Shown piece after piece: positions 45,794 to 57,490 of a stretch of 64,000 nucleotides of DNA. The position numbers and the translations under genes are program-made. The first letter of the stretch is position 1, and each line of letters opens with the position of its first letter. The DNA is from Histomonas meleagridis 2922-C6/04-290x (Eukaryota > Protista > Parabasalia), in assembly GCA_020184695.1 (NCBI GenBank), contig JAANOX010000280.1, positions 310,001-374,000 on the forward strand, read 5' to 3'. The notes beneath the pieces were generated by a model, which saw only the letters and a program-made list of their open reading frames with translations, was not told where the DNA came from and searched no databases.

Positions 45794-47494
45794 TTACACA
45801 CGCACTTCATCCATTTTATTATCACCATAATCAATGTTATCTATTTCTGGTGAAGCACCTTTCTTTATTTTTATCCCGCATGTTGAATTATGAATTTTGC
45901 AATTCATCACTTTTCCATTACTTTCTTTCTTGAAGCAAATTCCGCATTTACTATTAGATATATCGCAATTGTTAATTTTGCATTTACTATTTTCTCCTAT
46001 TTTAATATTTGCTTTTTCGTTTGAATCAAAATTGCAACTTTTGAAAACAGATAATGTATCTTCAGTCGCAAAAAATCCAATTTCTTTATTATTACTGAAT
46101 TCGCATTCATTAAAATGAATGTTTGCATTTCCTTTTGTTTCAAAGCCATTTTTTGAATTATTTTTAAATTTACATTTTGAAATTTCACATTCAATTGAGT
46201 CCTTCAATCTTCCACCATAAGTACTTCCTTCAAAAGAGCAATCCAATAATTCTGTTTTTAATTGGTTATCATTGATATAGACACAAGTTTCTCCACATTT
46301 ACAAATTTTTGTATTTGCTAACAAACCTTTTGAATTCTTGTCTAGGAGCACCCCAATTTTACCAACTTTTTCTATGTCTGTATCTGTTATTTCAATGGTT
46401 GATGCCTCTGTCGATTCAATTGCTATTTGGCCGATGTTTTCCACTTTGCATTTGTTCATTTTCAAGAGCGAATTCCCAGAAACAAAAGCACCTGTTGTTT
46501 CAATATCAGAAAGTGTAACTTGCTCACATTTAACAGATGATTGATGATCTGAAATTATGCCAGAAAGACATTTTCCAGATAAGATATCGCCATTTAAATT
46601 AATAACACTCTTTTTAATCGCATAAATAAGAGCGGAAGATATCATATCAAGTATCTCACATTGTGTAGAATTGATATTAAATTCATTTGAACCAAAAAAT
46701 CCTGAAACACATTTGCTAATTTTACATTTCTCTATTCGAAGTCTTCCTTTCCCAGAACAATTTATGGCTGAACCGCTTTCATGGTTAGTTATAGTTGTAT
46801 TGAGAATTGTGTTTGACAAAGAATCAGTATTTAATTCAATTGCATCTCCGGCATTATTTTCAATCACCGATTTATCAACACTAAGTGATGCTGAGTTCAT
46901 CACAACAATGCCACTATCTCCGCAACCGGTAATTTTTGACTCTACAAAACGAACTTGAGAGAAATTTGTTGCAACAATTCCAATAGATTTGGGTGCAGAA
47001 ATTGTGCATTTTTGGAATTCTATTTTAATTGAGTTGTTCGTGTAGATGATTGGCATCATGTTGGATGTGATTGTACACTCGTTAAAATAAAGACGTCCTT
47101 CTTTATGTATTGTTATTGCTGGCATAAATGAAGAGATTATGTTACACTTTTCTACTATAATTGTGCCGCCTATGAGATTAATTGGAGATGCACATTGAGA
47201 GTTTCCTGTTTGAATTGTGAGATGTTCAAGAAAAACATTAGCACCATCAATAGTAATTGGGTCTCCAGAGGGAAGAGCATTAATTATTGTTGAACCTTCT
47301 CCAACAAGATGAATATCTTTTTTAATTTCGAGGTTTTCATAATAATCTCCTGGTGGAAGAATTATAGTCGATTTTGCAGGAGCTTTTTGGATTTCTTCTC
47401 CAATCGAATTTTGTTGTGTTGTTGTATGTGTTATTTTGTGCCAATTGTCTGGGGTTGCAGGTTTTGGAGGAAAACGGTTCATTAAATTTATCAA
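45794..47494 (-). CDS. Right-handed parallel beta-helix (PbH1) protein
   Basis: SIGEEIQKA...IILPPGDYYENL.I.KDIHLVG followed by many GI.....S......C.I..N repeats. Confidence 0.85.
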   Translation of the reverse strand: MINLMNRFPPKPATPDNWHKITHTTTQQNSIGEEIQKAPAKSTIILPPGDYYENLEIKKDIHLVGEGSTIINALPSGDPITIDGANVFLEHLTIQTGNSQCASPINLIGGTIIVEKCNIISSFMPAITIHKEGRLYFNECTITSNMMPIIYTNNSIKIEFQKCTISAPKSIGIVATNFSQVRFVESKITGCGDSGIVVMNSASLSVDKSVIENNAGDAIELNTDSLSNTILNTTITNHESGSAINCSGKGRLRIEKCKISKCVSGFFGSNEFNINSTQCEILDMISSALIYAIKKSVINLNGDILSGKCLSGIISDHQSSVKCEQVTLSDIETTGAFVSGNSLLKMNKCKVENIGQIAIESTEASTIEITDTDIEKVGKIGVLLDKNSKGLLANTKICKCGETCVYINDNQLKTELLDCSFEGSTYGGRLKDSIECEISKCKFKNNSKNGFETKGNANIHFNECEFSNNKEIGFFATEDTLSVFKSCNFDSNEKANIKIGENSKCKINNCDISNSKCGICFKKESNGKVMNCKIHNSTCGIKIKKGASPEIDNIDYGDNKMDEVRV

Positions 47495-47642
47495 TTAAAT
47501 ACTTTACAAATCAAATCTTAACGGTCTCCTAAATTGGAAAAATGTTTTTCGAAAAACATAAATTTTACTAAATTTTTAATATTTTTAATAATATGTAGGT
47601 ATTGAATAATTTATTAAAATAATTTCATCTTCATTATTTTTA

Positions 47643-48084
47643 TTAAAACAATCTATAGTTTTTCTTTTTAATTATACCAACTATTTCTGTATAATCATTT
47701 GAAGATGCTAAAATAAGTGCTGTATTTTATAATTTGAATAATTTCCAAATATTATTTTGAAATATCAAATTATTAAAATAAATTTTAAATAAAACAAATA
47801 AATATCTTTAGCATTAATATCAATTCCTTCTTGTTCATGAAGTAATTTAACTATTTTTGTATGATAATTTAAAGATGCCCAAATAAATGCTGTCTAAATC
47901 AATTTAAATAATTTCCTAATATTATTTTGGAATATAAAATTATGAAAATAAATTTTAAGCGAAAAAAATAAATATTTAATTCTAATCGAATTATTCGTAA
48001 TAATTTTTTGATTTTTATACCATGTATATTTTTAATATTTATCGTTTCATATGGTGATACATTATCACCAGTAAAACATTCCAC
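47643..48084 (-). other. Mini ankyrin-cassette locus: short leader ORF plus two cassettes with 80-nt spacers
   Basis: The leader ends ...RLELN at 47974. Then spacer 47973-47894, cassette TAFIWASLNYHTKIVKLLHEQEGIDINAKD (47893-47804), spacer 47803-47724, and cassette TALILASSND...RLF-stop. Confidence 0.8.
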
Positions 48085-48129
48085 ATATTTTTATATAAAT
48101 TAAGGATATTAATGAAAGAATGATTCAAA

Positions 48130-49353
48130 CCCTATGTTGAGCTCAACAAACAATAAAATTATTCGATTCAAACTTCCCATATTCATATAATTTTGTAATA
48201 TTGTTTATTCTGCATATTTTGCTCAAAAGGGTTGAAATGATGCGTACCTAAACTATTTAGAATTAATTAGAAATAAGGAAGAAGAAATAAACAAAAATAA
48301 TCCTGATATCATTAAAATTTTTGCTAAATACATTTCGCAAATCACAAATGAAACAAATTATCTAATCGAGAAAATGATTGAAAACTCCCTAATTGATAAC
48401 ACATTATTTCAATCATTGGATACACAAAACCCATAAAAATTATTATTATGAAGATCTTGTAGAAAAAAATTTTATTGAAAATTATAAAGAACTTTCTCAA
48501 AATGATTGGGAGCTTCATAAGAAATATATTGAAGAAGGAGTTAATCCAAATGAAATTGCGAAAATAATTCGAAATGATGAATTAGAAAAACTTCAAGAAA
48601 TATCATCACAAGAAAAATTTGATTTTAATCAAACAATTGAACCATTACTTTATGAAAGATGCTCGTTTATTAATCATTATGTTTCATCAATTGATTATGC
48701 AGCATTTTTTGGATCTATTCAATGTTTTAAATATTTAAATATTAACCGCGTAAAAGTAAATCCTGAATGTACATAAGCAATTGCAGGTGAAAATGAAGAA
48801 ATCATTCATTTATATGAACAAAATCATCATCATTTCACAAAGCATGTGAAACTGCAATTAAATTCCATCATAACGATGTTTTTATATGTCGATGAAAATA
48901 AATTAGAAGAAGATTTAAATGAAAAAAGATTAAGGAATTGGAGTGTTTATGTGTTTCAAGAAACGGAGGTTTCAAGGTTGAAAAGGAAATTACAAAATTC
49001 TTACTATTTTAGAAGAGAAGGGATATGATAATGATTCCAGTGTTAATAAATCAGCAAAAATTGGAAATATATATCTTGTTAAAAATTTTCTCCTAAAATT
49101 TCATATCCCAAATGATATTATAGTGCTGTCTTCAAAATCAGGAAATATTTAACTATTTAAATATATATGTGATAAAGGATTTGATGTTAATATTAAAGGT
49201 ATTATTTTGTTTGATTTAAAATTTTTTTTTAATAATTTTGTATTTCAAAATAATATTTGGAAATTATATAAATTATTTAAAACAGCATTTATTTTAGCAT
49301 CTGAAAATGGTTGTATAGAAATAGTTATATTACTTGAACAGAAAGAGAAATAG
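48130..49353 (+). pseudogene. Degenerate DUF3447-ankyrin gene with one spacer and one cassette
   Basis: Frameshifted homology to locus 4 (DWELHKKYIEEGVNPNEIAKIIRND...). An 81-nt spacer at 49201-49281 is followed by TAFILASENG...EK-TAG. Confidence 0.75.
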
Positions 49354-49816
49354 ATATCACAAATGTTCAAAAGCTGTGAAATTTTTGGATATCTAAAAAT
49401 CTATCACATTTAATATTAAATAAAAAAAAATATCAACAATTTTCAAGCTAAGTATATGTTAACATTACCATTAAATCAATATTCATAATATAACAAAAGC
49501 TTTGATCATATTTATAGTTATATTGTGCATTTTCTTTTTAGTGTTCTATTTTATTCAGGATGGTTTAAATTTCTTTAAAGAAATGTGCATCTTTCGAAGC
49601 TATTTCAAAATATTTTTGAAAAGTATTCGTCGAAATACATTAAAGTTTTTATAAGTAATCGATTAAATTCAAATGAAAATGTATGAACATTCATAAAAGC
49701 TTCAACGAGTAATAAGACAATAATTTGTTAGATGATTTATATGAATAATATCATAATATACAATGGAATTTAAGGATGAAGTAATTCAGATTCAAAACAT
49801 TTTTAGTTATAAATAT

Positions 49817-52800
49817 TTATTTCTTAAGCAATGTAACAATTTTCTCTGCTGCCAATTTTCTACAGACATGATTATTTTCATCTATCACGTTTAGTAACAA
49901 CAATTCCAACTTTTCATGAAATCCAATTTCATCACCTAATAAATTATTCATTTCCATTAACAATTCGATATTTTTTTCATTCACATTAATTCTATTAATT
50001 TTATCCAACACCTTAAAACATATTGCAGCAAATTCATTTATACCAATCACATCTTTCATTTTACACAAAACATTTCTTAAACCATTCACATCAAACAATG
50101 ACTCTAATAACAACAATGATTTCTGTGAGACGACTTTCATTTTATCATTTATTAAATTTAAAAATATATTCTCAAATGACAATTTTTTAACGAAATAAAT
50201 CACTGATTTATCCATTTTCACCAATTTAATACACGTTGATAAAATCAATGGCGTTATTTCGTAATTATTTAATATATTCCAAATTTTCTCATATAAAGGT
50301 TTTAATATATCAATCGAAGAAATTATTATAATTTTACACATGTAAGAAATCGATTCATTTAATAACTCATTACCAGGAAATGTTATACTTCTCATACAAC
50401 CATTTAATATGTTTAATAAGTTATCTTGATTAAATTCTTGATAAATTTGTTTAACAAATGTATCATTCATTAATCCGGATATTATTCGACAATTTTCATC
50501 AGAACAAACTTTATATGATAATGAAACAGCTTCATGTAAATGTGGTATAAGTTTTTCGAAGTTATTATATGAATAAAATTTATATAAAATACGAGAAAAT
50601 ATCATCGATCCAATTAATACATTCGATTGATATTTGTTTTGTAATAAAGTAAAAGAATTTTTACAAAAGGTTAATATAAGTTTTGGTTCTAATAATATTA
50701 AACAATTGATTAATGTACCAATTGATTGATAAAGTGATTGAACATTAATTAATATAAACTCAAGTGGCTCATGATTAAATTTACATATTAAATTAAATAA
50801 TAGTTCGAAATTTTTTGTGATATTTTGTATTATTTCTTGTTTATTGTTTTGGTGTAATGTAGATGAAAATAAAATCGAAATCCAAATGATCAAATTGATG
50901 GAAATATTTGGAAATTCTTTTTGTATATTTTCTTCATTTTTAATTATAATTGGTAGAGCTTGGAAGTATCCATTTATTAAGAATTCGTTTTGTAATGAAT
51001 GTTGTGGTAATTTTATGTTTTTAATGATTTCATTATATTTATTATAAAAAATTTCTTTAATTTCATTGCTTTTAATGAATGATTTGATTAAAGTTTTTAT
51101 GAATTTATTTATTTTACTTATAAACATACAATGAATTAAAGTTTCCATTCCAATTTTACTTAATAAAATTCCGTTTTGTAATGATAAATAAAACGTTTCA
51201 TTTTGCGTCGTGTTACTAATTTCCAAAAAATTAATTATAAAATTTTTATTATTTATTAATGTTTCAGGATGAATTAATATTAATGAATGAATTATTAATG
51301 AATGTACATATTCAAAAGGTCGAAAATTAATAACAAACAAAGAAAAATCATTAAATTTATCTAAATCAAATTTAACAAAAATGTTTTTATATAAATCAAT
51401 TGTCGAATCGAAAACTTTCGAAGCAATTAAATCTTTTTCATTTAAATTATTTTCATTTTTATTTTCGATATTAAATAAATTACATAAAATTTCTTTCGAT
51501 ATATTTCTTAATTGTATAAAATTAGATATAATATATTTAGATAATATTATAATTATTATATTAATATCATTTGAATTAATGAAATTTTCATTTTGGATTT
51601 CATTCGAATAAATTTTTGTTGATTCTAATGATAAATTTAACATTACAAATGTATCTTCACATTCATTAATGTTATTAATCATTGATTTTAATATAGAAAA
51701 CAAACCTTCTTTAGTTGGAATTATTTTATATATCGATTCACAAAACATTAAATTATTTGTTTTATTAACATTTTTAATATTATCGTTTGCGAAATTTGGA
51801 TTTTTTGATATATAATATGAATATGAATTTGTTGCCATATTAATTAAGTTAATATCATCATTACAATGACTTAATACTAAGTAATAAAAAGGTGTAAAAT
51901 ATGAATATTTAAATATTAAACTTAATAATGAATTTGACCATTTTAATTCTAAATGAATTTTCGCTAAATTCTTTAAACATTTTAATATTATATCATAATA
52001 TGTTTCAATTTTATTATCTTCTGGAAAAGCAGCTTCAAAAATCGACAGAATTATATTCATTTGAGTTTCATTTGGTGATAAATTCTTTACAATGAATTTT
52101 ATACAATTAAAAACAGCTTTAATATGTAACTTAACTTTATCTTTAAAAGATACAAATAAAAATCCATTCGAAATTTCATTATAATCAGTAAACCTAATTA
52201 AATGTGGTAAAAAGACATCTAATGTTGATCTTTTCGCAGCGTTAATTAAAAACTCATTTGTAAGTTCTTCATCTTCAGGTATTAACTCACGGACAATTCT
52301 ACATAACATTGGTATGAATGGAGAACAATTCGGTAATGATATAGCTATTAAAGAAGCTCTTGGTTGTGTTTGTGCCTTTAATATTGCTTCACTTCTAATA
52401 TTATCAATATATTTCTTTGGTATAATAATATCAAATAAATCACATAAAAGTAAATCTTCTTTAATGATTTTATTTGAAGGAATATTTGATATTAACTTCA
52501 AATATGGTAAAACAAATTTCTTTTGATTCGAATCATTAATATATTTTAATATTAAATCTATAAATATCGTCGAATATTCAGTCGGATTTAAAAATATTAA
52601 ATCTTTCGAATCTAAAATCGTTATAACAATTTTAGAAACATTTTCAATGATGTCATCATCTTTAAACAATGGAATATATTTATATAAATATGTTGATACT
52701 ATTAACGGAAACTTATTTGTAACTTTCGATATATAATCAATCGCTTTAAATGTACGAAATTGTAATATTAAATCATCTAATAACTCAGCGGTAGTTAATA

Positions 52801-53989
52801 TTGTTAATAAACATTGAAACGCTTCTTTAAATATTTGTTGGCTCGTGAATAAGTTATGTTGTGATAAAACAATTATCGAATTCGTTGCTGATAATGATTG
52901 TTTAATTGTTGGCTGTGAAGGGAAACATTTCTTTATTAGTTTTTCATTGTCTTCTAAATATCCTAAATATGATGCAAATGTTAAACTTGAATATATTTGT
53001 TGTTTATTATTAATACAATTAGTAATAACCTCTTTTAATGTGTTGTTATGTTTGTATTTGTCAAGGAAATTAAACGCAATTTTGGAATATTCGTCATCAC
53101 ATTCATCAAAATATATGGAAATGATCGGAACGATCATATTCAAAAAAATTTTGGTAGTGAACTTGGTTGACTCATCTAATGAAGGTAATTCATTAAAACT
53201 TTCTATGATTAATATTCGGGTTTCATTTGTTGACTCTTTAAACAATTTTATGATCTGTGAAATTACCGACTCTAAAAGTATAGTAACTTTCTCAGAACTA
53301 TAAAATTTGAAAATGGTGTTCATGAGCTTGATGCCATATGAGTAAAGTTGTGGTTTTTGAAGTGATGATTTTATGGATGATTGAATCTTTCGTTCTCCAT
53401 TACTTTGTTCAAACTCTTTCTTGGACTCTTCTGAAAGTGATGAAAAGCGAATTTTGGAAAAGAAAATCGTTGCTGCATAAAGATTTGATGATTGAAGATC
53501 TTCAAGCATGGCAATAATAAACTTAATAGAAGGTGAAATAAGTTCTGGTTGATCTTGTGTTAAAATGGATATTGAAAATGATGATAATGGTGATTTACAT
53601 TGAACAATTTGGTTGAAGATTTTTGAAATGGTAAACGTCTTGAATAAGCAATAAATACATTGTAAAAAATTCTTGAATAATTCATAGTCTTTCTCGTTAT
53701 TTGGTGGTTGGGTCTCTGATAAAACATCAAGTAAAATTGATAATAAAAATTCATCATCAATTTTGTCAAAAGTTTTTGAGTTTTGAATAAAATATGTTTG
53801 CAATATTATGGATGCTTTAGTTTTAATAGAAGGATCATTGGATTTTTTGAGTGTTGACACTAAAACTTGTATAACATTTTTTGAATCAGAATATGATAAA
53901 ATACAATTATAAGGTATTTCAAATGCTGGTCCTGAAGAATTGATAGCTGCATTTATAAGACGAGAAATAGTGGAATCATTGGAAGACAT
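49817..53989 (-). CDS. Large alpha-helical (HEAT-like) hypothetical protein
   Basis: Uninterrupted 1390-aa ORF with ATG start and Leu/Ile-rich helical pattern. No specific family recognised. Confidence 0.7.
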   Translation of the reverse strand: MSSNDSTISRLINAAINSSGPAFEIPYNCILSYSDSKNVIQVLVSTLKKSNDPSIKTKASIILQTYFIQNSKTFDKIDDEFLLSILLDVLSETQPPNNEKDYELFKNFLQCIYCLFKTFTISKIFNQIVQCKSPLSSFSISILTQDQPELISPSIKFIIAMLEDLQSSNLYAATIFFSKIRFSSLSEESKKEFEQSNGERKIQSSIKSSLQKPQLYSYGIKLMNTIFKFYSSEKVTILLESVISQIIKLFKESTNETRILIIESFNELPSLDESTKFTTKIFLNMIVPIISIYFDECDDEYSKIAFNFLDKYKHNNTLKEVITNCINNKQQIYSSLTFASYLGYLEDNEKLIKKCFPSQPTIKQSLSATNSIIVLSQHNLFTSQQIFKEAFQCLLTILTTAELLDDLILQFRTFKAIDYISKVTNKFPLIVSTYLYKYIPLFKDDDIIENVSKIVITILDSKDLIFLNPTEYSTIFIDLILKYINDSNQKKFVLPYLKLISNIPSNKIIKEDLLLCDLFDIIIPKKYIDNIRSEAILKAQTQPRASLIAISLPNCSPFIPMLCRIVRELIPEDEELTNEFLINAAKRSTLDVFLPHLIRFTDYNEISNGFLFVSFKDKVKLHIKAVFNCIKFIVKNLSPNETQMNIILSIFEAAFPEDNKIETYYDIILKCLKNLAKIHLELKWSNSLLSLIFKYSYFTPFYYLVLSHCNDDINLINMATNSYSYYISKNPNFANDNIKNVNKTNNLMFCESIYKIIPTKEGLFSILKSMINNINECEDTFVMLNLSLESTKIYSNEIQNENFINSNDINIIIIILSKYIISNFIQLRNISKEILCNLFNIENKNENNLNEKDLIASKVFDSTIDLYKNIFVKFDLDKFNDFSLFVINFRPFEYVHSLIIHSLILIHPETLINNKNFIINFLEISNTTQNETFYLSLQNGILLSKIGMETLIHCMFISKINKFIKTLIKSFIKSNEIKEIFYNKYNEIIKNIKLPQHSLQNEFLINGYFQALPIIIKNEENIQKEFPNISINLIIWISILFSSTLHQNNKQEIIQNITKNFELLFNLICKFNHEPLEFILINVQSLYQSIGTLINCLILLEPKLILTFCKNSFTLLQNKYQSNVLIGSMIFSRILYKFYSYNNFEKLIPHLHEAVSLSYKVCSDENCRIISGLMNDTFVKQIYQEFNQDNLLNILNGCMRSITFPGNELLNESISYMCKIIIISSIDILKPLYEKIWNILNNYEITPLILSTCIKLVKMDKSVIYFVKKLSFENIFLNLINDKMKVVSQKSLLLLESLFDVNGLRNVLCKMKDVIGINEFAAICFKVLDKINRINVNEKNIELLMEMNNLLGDEIGFHEKLELLLLNVIDENNHVCRKLAAEKIVTLLKK

Positions 53990-54464
53990 GCTGATAAAAC
54001 AAGACGAAAAATCTTGTCACTTTTCGAAAATTAAAATCTTATGAAACCGTTCATATCACTTCACATTTTCAGACTTGTTGTTTATTCAGCGTTTAAAATG
54101 GAGTTATTCGTATAATTAAAAAAAATTATAAATACTCTTACTATACAGAAAAAAAGATATGAGTATGGTGCTGATTTTAGATATTAAGTATGATTGTAGT
54201 TTTAGTTTTGTACAAGTTCAATTTTATTTGAATCAACGAAAAAAATAAAAAAGAAAAATTTCAAGTAAATTATGTCTTCGAAAAGACAGAAAAGTCAAAA
54301 TGATAAAAAAAATTGAAAAACAAGAAAAATAGTAGTGTTCAAATAATACAATAATTTAATAAGTTTAGACATTAATCATATGATAAAAGTTTTCTATGAA
54401 ACATTTAGTTTATTAATTTTTAGGAACAATTTTTTAGGCATGAAATAATTTTACATGTTCAAAT

Positions 54465-55586
54465 TTATCTATTCTTTTTGCGCTTCCGATTTAAGGGTTT
54501 TTTAAATAAACTAAATAATTTCCAAATATTATTTCAAAAAATTGACATAAAATAAAATAAATAAATATCAATGTTATAGATATTAATTCCTACTTTTTTA
54601 AGAAGTAATTCCACAATGTCTGTTTTATCATTGTTGTATGCTTTCATCAAGGCTTTTGAAAATAATTTATGCAATCTTCAAATATTGTTAAGAAACAAAT
54701 AATTATTAAAGTAAATTATAAAGAAAACAAATAAATATTTTCTTCATCAATATTAATTTCTTCTTTTTCAAGAAGTAATTTAACTATTTCTATATGTCCT
54801 TTTTCGGATGCAAACACAAGTGCTGTGTAAAATAATTTAAATAATTTCCAAATATTATTTTGAAATACCAAATTATTAAAACAAATATTAAATAAATCTC
54901 ATAAATATTTTCTGTATTAATATCAATTCCATCTTGCTTAAGAAGTAATTTAACTATTTCTGTATTTCCTTTTTCTGATGCTATCATAAGTGCTGTATTA
55001 TGTATTTTATATAATTTCCAAATATTATTTTGAAATATTAAATTCTTAATATAAAATTTATATAAAACAAATAAATATTTTTAGCATTAATATCAATTCC
55101 TTTTTGCTCAAGAAGTAATTTAACTATTTTTACCCTACCTCTTCCAGATGCCATTATGAGAGCTGTTTCGAATAATTTAAAGATTTTTCAAATATAACCA
55201 TAAAATTTCATGAATTCGAAAGAAACATTAATTAAAGTGAATAAATATCTTTAGCATTAATATCAATTCCTTCTTTTTCTAGAAATAGCTTAACCATTTT
55301 GGATTTACAGTATAGAGATGCTTGCATAAGATCTGTGCAAAATAATTCATATTAATTCCAAATCTTATTTTGAAACATTAAATTAATATAACAAATAACA
55401 AATAAAACAAATAAATATTTTTAAGATTAACATCAATTCCTTCTTGTTCAAGTAGTAATTTAACTATTTCTGTATAACCATTTTCAGATGCGACATAAAG
55501 TGCAGTTCTAAATAATTTAAATAATTTCCAAATATTATTATGAAATCCAAAACTATTAAAACAAAATCTATGTACAAAAAATAAAC
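54465..55586 (-). repeat. Cassette/spacer array of locus 4
   Basis: Seven spacers: six of 80 nt and one of 66 nt, with the same core as the plus-strand loci. Confidence 0.95.
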
Positions 55587-56834
55587 ATTTCTTACATTTA
55601 CATCAATTCTCTTTTGTTCGAGAATAAATTTAACAAGTTCATAATTTCCTTTTTTAATTGACTTAATCAATATTTTTTCTGGTAATTGATTATTTTGAAG
55701 AAAATGTCTAACAAGATATAAATTACCAATTTTAGCTGCTTCATTAATAATATCATTACTTATTTTCATTCCATTATCTATAAGAAATGCCAAAATTTCA
55801 TAATTCACTGATTTTATACATTTTTTCCCTAATTTTTCAAGAAAATAATTCTTATTCATTTCGATAACTTTATTTTCATAAAGATATTTAAATATATCAT
55901 TTTTATGGAATTGAATTGCTGTTTTATATGCATCTTTAAATGATGAATGATTTTGTTCACATAAATGAATGATTTCAATGTTTCCACCTGCAATTGCATA
56001 TTTACCTGTGTTATTTATTTTAGCACCATTCATAAGTAAATATTTAAAACATTTAACTGATGAAAAAAATGCTGCATAATCAATTAATGTAACATAATGA
56101 TTAATAAACGAGCATCTTTCATAAAGTGATGGTTCAATTGTTTGATTAAAATCAAATTTTTCGTGTGATGATACTTTTTGAAGTTTTTCTAATTCATCAT
56201 TTCGAATTATTTTCGCAATTTCATTTGGATTAACTCCTTCTTCAATATATTTCTTATGAAGCTCCCAATCATTCTTTGATAACTTATCATAATTGACATA
56301 AAAATACCTTTCTGTAACACCATATCTTTGAATTTTATATGATGGTCTGATTTTATAGTGTGCAAAATATCTTGTGTTAATTTTTTTTGTAATATTTTTA
56401 TCAGCTAAATTTAAGTTAATCATTTTATCTATTAGAAAATATGCTTCTTGTGATTGAATTTTTGAGATATAACCAATAAAAATATCAATGATTTTTTTAT
56501 TGTTTTTATCAATTTCTTCTTCTTTTGTTTGAATCGTTTTTAAATAAGTTAAATAGATATCATATAACTCCTTTTCTGAACAAAAGGAAGAGGAAAGTAA
56601 ATTACTTATTGTATAATTAAATGAATATGGATAATTCGTATCATACAACTTCATTGTTTGATAAACTGTAAAAGAAATTTTTTCTTTAGTTATATTAGAT
56701 GTAATTTTCTCGAGTTCAAGAAGAAATTCCATGTCACTAATTTTATGTTTTAGTTCACCATTTTCTTTTATTGAAGAATTTGTAAAGATATCATAATGTT
56801 GCCTGTTTGCATTTAACATTGAAGTGTACCTCAA
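54465..56834 (-). CDS. DUF3447-ankyrin repeat protein, locus 4 (continuous part 56834-55587, then 6 cassettes and a basic tail)
   Basis: DUF3447 core present. Cassettes begin at 55506, 55336, 55166, 54996, 54826 and 54656. A terminal piece KPLNRKRKKNR-stop runs 54500-54465. Confidence 0.85.
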
Positions 56835-57479
56835 AAAAGCGATAAAAAGAATGAATAACCATAAAATGGTGAGACCGATCAGACATAAACCAATTTTTCA
56901 AACAAAAATATACTTCAAAATAAATGAATTACATCAATTTTATTTAAAGTAATATTTATAATTTTTCCTTCACTTAACAAATATTAGCTAAGCAAATTTA
57001 TTTTTATTTTTTTTGAATATTTGATAAACATTTATCATTAAATATTTATTTAACCAATAAAGCTCTTCTATATTTAAAGAGATGGTTTTATTGATGTAAC
57101 CATCTATCTTTTGATTGATTTAGTAAAACTTTAAATACCGAAAAGATTTCACAAAACGCACGTATTTAACGATATATAAATTGAAAAGATTTCAATCGTT
57201 TTTATCACTTTCAATCAAATTTACAGTTATTTTGTGGTGTTAATCGGCCAGCCACAATTCCTTTTCTTTCTTTTTTTTTTTTTTATATTTCATTAATAAA
57301 GTTCTTCAATTTCCCTGAGCTCTCATATATTATTGAATGTTTTAATTATAAATTCTCCGATTAAATTTATTTAAACAGTTTCCAACTCCAGAAGTGAACT
57401 TCACTTAGGCATTAACGTTCTCCTTAAGCGGGTTTTTCAGTTGAATTTCAGTTCACATTTCCAAGTCACGCGGCACAGT

Positions 57480-57486
57480 TCATATT
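57480..57486 (+). promoter_or_regulatory. Putative initiator (Inr) element of RPA1
   Basis: TCATATT just upstream of ATG 57491. Confidence 0.45.
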
Positions 57487-57490
57487 TTTA

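Noticed and set aside
57468-57472. MCB-like ACGCG element upstream of RPA1
   Set aside because: A single 5-mer, and I know of no established role for MCB elements in this lineage.
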